Origin: Microbotryum violaceum
Lineage: Eukaryota
Direction of reading: 5' to 3'
DNA: 64,000 nt
Assembly (NCBI GenBank): GCA_001244265.2
Contig: CDLV01000008.1
Coordinates: forward strand, 62,001-126,000
Each line of letters starts with the position of its first letter. The first letter of the stretch is position 1. The notes under the pieces were generated by a model that saw nothing but the letters and a program-made list of their open reading frames with translations, ran no database searches and was not told where the DNA came from. This document shows, in pieces, positions 60,201-64,000 of the stretch. The position numbers and the translations under genes were made by a program.

Positions 60201-60691
60201 GTAATCGTCATGGGTAAGTCTTGTGCTACGATGCGATTACGCTTGTAATTGACCGGCTCCCCCGTCTTTTGCTTCCCTTATCAGATGCACCTCTATCGCG
60301 TACCCCGACTTTGGTTCGCGCTGGAGGTATTCTTGTGGTAGGGCCGACGTGCAAGAACAACTTGTTCGAGTCGTTCGGCTCGCGTCACGTCCTCATCTTC
60401 CCCTCGTCCGCCCAGAGCGGATGCTCGGGTCGCTTCACTTTGGTCGAAGACGACGGTGTCTCGAACGAGCACACGCTGAACGGCGTCTACACCGAGATCG
60501 ACGTGTGGTATCGCGTTAAAAATTTCGAAGAAGTTGAAGTCGGCTTCGAGGTCTCGAGGAATGAGTATGTCACCAAGTGGAAGAATTTGACTTGGGAACT
60601 GCCCAAGGGCGATCGCCGTAAGATCGTGGTCGCCGAGGGGTTGAAAGGGCTTTATGATCCTCAAGATATCTTGTCGGTAGAGGTGTTTTAA
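57246..60691 (+). CDS. Glycoside hydrolase family 31 enzyme
   Basis: Motifs YGLGE, DPLYKTHPFY, LDYY, FGYLASS, WNKSRYPNP, NVKPWLL, nucleophile motif WIDNNE, acid/base motif WSGDN, GHDIGGF and LVEDDG. The exons I traced stay in frame. Confidence 0.92.
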
Positions 60692-61705
60692 GTTCAGGTT
60701 GGATTATGATGGACGATGGAACCAGAAATACACTTCTTGCTTTTCCAGAGCCCCATCACTGAACCTCTCATGCACCTTTGATAAAGCAGCCCCGTCAGCG
60801 TGGGCTCTGTGCGGATTTGAAATTTTACCCTGTTTTGGTCCAACCTATTGAAACCTGCGGTACGAACCCGAGACAAGCGTCACGATTTTCATAACCGAGG
60901 TCGAGCGCCTTGGGCGAGCTGTGCAACCGCAAAACGATTGGGCATGGAACGGTCCGAGCTCGACGCCAACAACGTGTAAGATCTTTTCTCGCAGCGCTCC
61001 GCCACGGCACCTTTTCTCGAACGGCTTTATTTCATGGCAGAGGTCGTTACAACGGATACAATTCATCGCTGAGACACTAGACGGTCTAGTGGTCACCGCT
61101 GACCTGCACTGATTGGTGTAGTCCAATGATCGCGAGTTGGCTCAAGTGGCGTGACGCGGCTGCTCAGGGCGGCCCGCTCGGCGGAAACTCACAGGCCCGT
61201 CCGGGGCACTGCATAGAAACGATCACTTCGATCAGTGATCTGATCGCTCGGCCGTCGTGTCGAATCACGGTGCTCTGAGCTACCAATTGGCACCATCGTT
61301 AGATCGCACTTTTTCACCTTTTCTTTCCTGTACACGTCGACATTGGCCTTCAGTCCTGCAGAGGCGCCACATAAGGTAAGCACTGCAGCTCAGTAGTGGA
61401 TGCTAATGAGCTGCATGCTACTTCAGCTTTTATCAGGTGCATGCCCAAACAATGAAATAATCTTGGCACTGACATCCGACCCTGGGTCTCGACTATCGCA
61501 CAGCAGGCGTGCAACGGCCGTTTGACACTGGCCAGACCGCAGATCGCGGAGTCCGCGCACCACTTCTCTCGGCACACGCGAGAGTTGCATCAGAGACATC
61601 AACGCTGGCGAGACATACCCCAGATACTCTCGTCCTCGTCGACGCTCGAAGGGTGGCTCTGTAAGGGTGGTGGGCGGTCCAGCATTGTGACAGCGGCCGC
61701 AATTC

Positions 61706-64000
61706 ATGTCTCGTTTCTTGACGACGTGGGAGGCGCCCGTCGCGACAGGCTCGGAGACACCGGCGGCCAGCTCTAGCCTGCGTGGGTCGGCGCCGTCGTC
61801 ATCGTCACCGACTTTGGTTGCCGCAGCGGCAGTAGCGGCGAGTCGTCCCGCTCGCTCGCCTCTCCGCCTCTCGCGTCCCTTCCTCCCCTCCACCTTCGCA
61901 TCCCCGGCACTTTCTTCGTCGGCATCATCGGCATCGACTTCACGCACCTACAGCGGGTCGACGGCGCTGTCTTCGCCTTGTAACTCGCCTCCGACCGTCC
62001 CCGCCGCCGACGTCGGATTACCCTTGGGTCCGAGCGCGCCAGCTCCCAGGATTCTTGGAGTGGAGACGGCGGCCCTGTTGTCGCTTCCTCCAGCGAGCGT
62101 TGAATCGACGATGCGACTGCCGACCCAGGTAGTCACAAGCAACCCGATGTCGTATTACGACTCGACGGCGTCCACCTCGGACGATGAGCAGCACGATCAG
62201 TCTCGCGCAACCCGGAGGTCACGGAACCGGCGAGCTCATGCGTCGGCGGGTCCATCTTCGACGGTCCAGACAATTTTCGAGGGACCGTTCCGACGAGCGT
62301 CGTATGAGGTGCTCCCCGGAGCGCCGTCGACATCGACATCGGCGAATGGGACACCGCAGTACGGGAGCTTGGAACAGGCTCGCGGGTACGGTAGAGCCGG
62401 CACGTGGCCTTCTGTACCTTCAAGAAGACTCTCCCAGCAATCAGACGCACCCAGAACATCGGCCCTTGCACAACTCAACGTAAATAACGCCCAAAAAGAT
62501 GTTTCTCCGGAAGGTTTAGGTCTGCAGAATATCGAATATGGCGTCGAGGGCCGATCAAGACGTGAGTTTGCGAGCCCACGTTAGACCAATTGCTCGCCGC
62601 CTCCTGGGACTGATGCGATGCAATATCTCGTACGCGTTCATACCCATACAGGGGGTACTGGAGAAGGTTACGATGGACGGAACTCATACGTTCCTGTCAG
62701 CGGGGAGACGGCGTTCTCATCGGCGAACGAATCTTACAGCTCTCGGTCGCCCGCCTTTCTCCAGTCTTCACCCACTTCACCCGGCGAAGGACGATTTCCA
62801 ACAACGTTACCCGGAGGAGGGTCTCCTACACTGGGAAGCGGCCCCTTCCACACCAAGGCGGCTCGTCCGTCTCCCGTGCGTCCAGCACGGTCGACCCGCT
62901 TCCTGCCAGAGCAGGTCCACAAGCTTGAACGAGGTCGGAACAATGCGGGCAGCGCTTCGGAACCCCGACGCCCCAACGGCTCCGGCTCCTCTTTTTGGAG
63001 CGTCGAGCTTCAGCCCGACCACATCGTCTTTCCCGACTCCGCTCCGGTACCCTCACAGACTCGACGCTCGCGCTCACCTTCTTCCATCATGTCTCGTCGC
63101 TCGGGCGTCCTACCCGCGAACGCATTCGCCAGTTTGAGCACGACGAGCAACTACGACAGCGGCTTACTGGAGTACTCTGGCCGACCCGCGTCGATCAAAT
63201 CCGTCTGCAGCAGCACTACGGCGACCGAATTCGAGTCGCACAGGCTCTACTTTCCTCCACCCCCGCCGAAGCAATCCCCTAATCCGGCTTCGAACCCTTC
63301 GCTCGTCTTCCCCTCTGCGCCACGGCGGGCTCCACGCTCGCCGGACGCGACCCAAAATGGCGGTCCCTTCCCCGGACGACCTCGAGCCTCGCCCAAGGCA
63401 AGATCACCGGTGTTCCCTAGTGCCTCGTCGCCAGTGTCCAGCGAGCGATCGGTCCGCACCAGCGCCCTCCCCTTCTTAGGTCCAGCTTTGTCCTTTAGTA
63501 AGACGAGCCCCACAAAAACCAGCTCGCCTTTTCCGCTCGTCTTGGCGCCGTCTCTCCAGTCCGATCCTGATTCAGGTCCCGAGGATGAGCTTGATCAGAT
63601 GATCCGCGCGCAGCGTCGGGGGGTGTCCACGGCTCAAGCACCTCGCTTCGCGTCGACGGTTCGCACGCCTAAGGAGACGAACGTGTACGACGATCTGCTC
63701 GGCGAGGTCGACAAGGTCGAGCTCAAGGTCGCGGCGGTCAATCTCGGCCGGACTGCGCCTACCTCTTCACGCTCGGCTGCGCCAATGCACGCGGTACCCC
63801 AATCGGAATTTCTGAGTGCGGCTTTCGAGGAGGCGCTCGCCGCACCGCATAGACATCAACGCACGATCTCGGGGGATACGGTCGCTTCTGACTCGTCTGC
63901 TGATTACTTTGACGCCAACGAGGGATCAATATCTCCGCTTCGGTCCTCGGAATCGAGTGACGGCGATGGCAAGCACCAGAATGGCATGCCCCGGACCGGG
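61706..64000 (+). CDS. Ser/Pro-rich low-complexity hypothetical protein, 3' end outside window
   Basis: ORF 61706-62561 splices (GTGAGT...CAG, 62562-62651) into a frame that stays open toward the window end. No recognisable domain. Confidence 0.6.

Noticed and set aside
60700..61500. Intergenic DNA (also 29700-29990 and 46100-46300) with a transposon-remnant-like appearance
   Set aside because: No terminal repeats, target-site duplications or transposase motifs were found.

Overview
Gene-dense, intron-rich, GC-rich eukaryotic DNA from a basidiomycete fungus. Short GT-AG introns and the gene content suggest a Pucciniomycotina/Microbotryomycetes-like yeast (inference). About 20 multi-exon genes can be rebuilt by hand: a 2-hydroxyacid dehydrogenase, a Sel1-repeat chitin synthase activator, lunapark, a sulfotransferase-like P-loop protein, an Old Yellow Enzyme, a Shg1/BOD1-like protein, INCENP, a PrpF-family isomerase, two paralogous BTB/POZ proteins, an OPT transporter, alpha-mannosidase Ams1, Tma46, Dus2, Csn1, a type II NADH dehydrogenase, a Pil1-like BAR protein, a GH31 glycosidase and a partial Ser/Pro-rich gene. 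An accessory, decaying block at about 19-30 kb holds a 106-bp tandem duplication split by an AT-rich insert, a degenerate fungal-type kinase, an acyl-CoA synthetase pseudogene fragment, and a tRNA-like element with a formal UUA anticodon lying head-to-head with a poly(A)-tailed retroelement-like relic. A DAL5-like MFS permease next to the GH31 gene is a pseudogene and has a partial relic copy nearby. I found no clearly new multi-gene system. The best leads are the tRNA-like/retroelement pair, the novel N-terminal domain of the BTB paralogs, a possible Atg8-binding motif at the Ams1 C-terminus, and a recurrent C-to-G skew flip inside exons. All functional calls come from motif recognition, not database searches. 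Coordinates of multi-exon genes span their introns.
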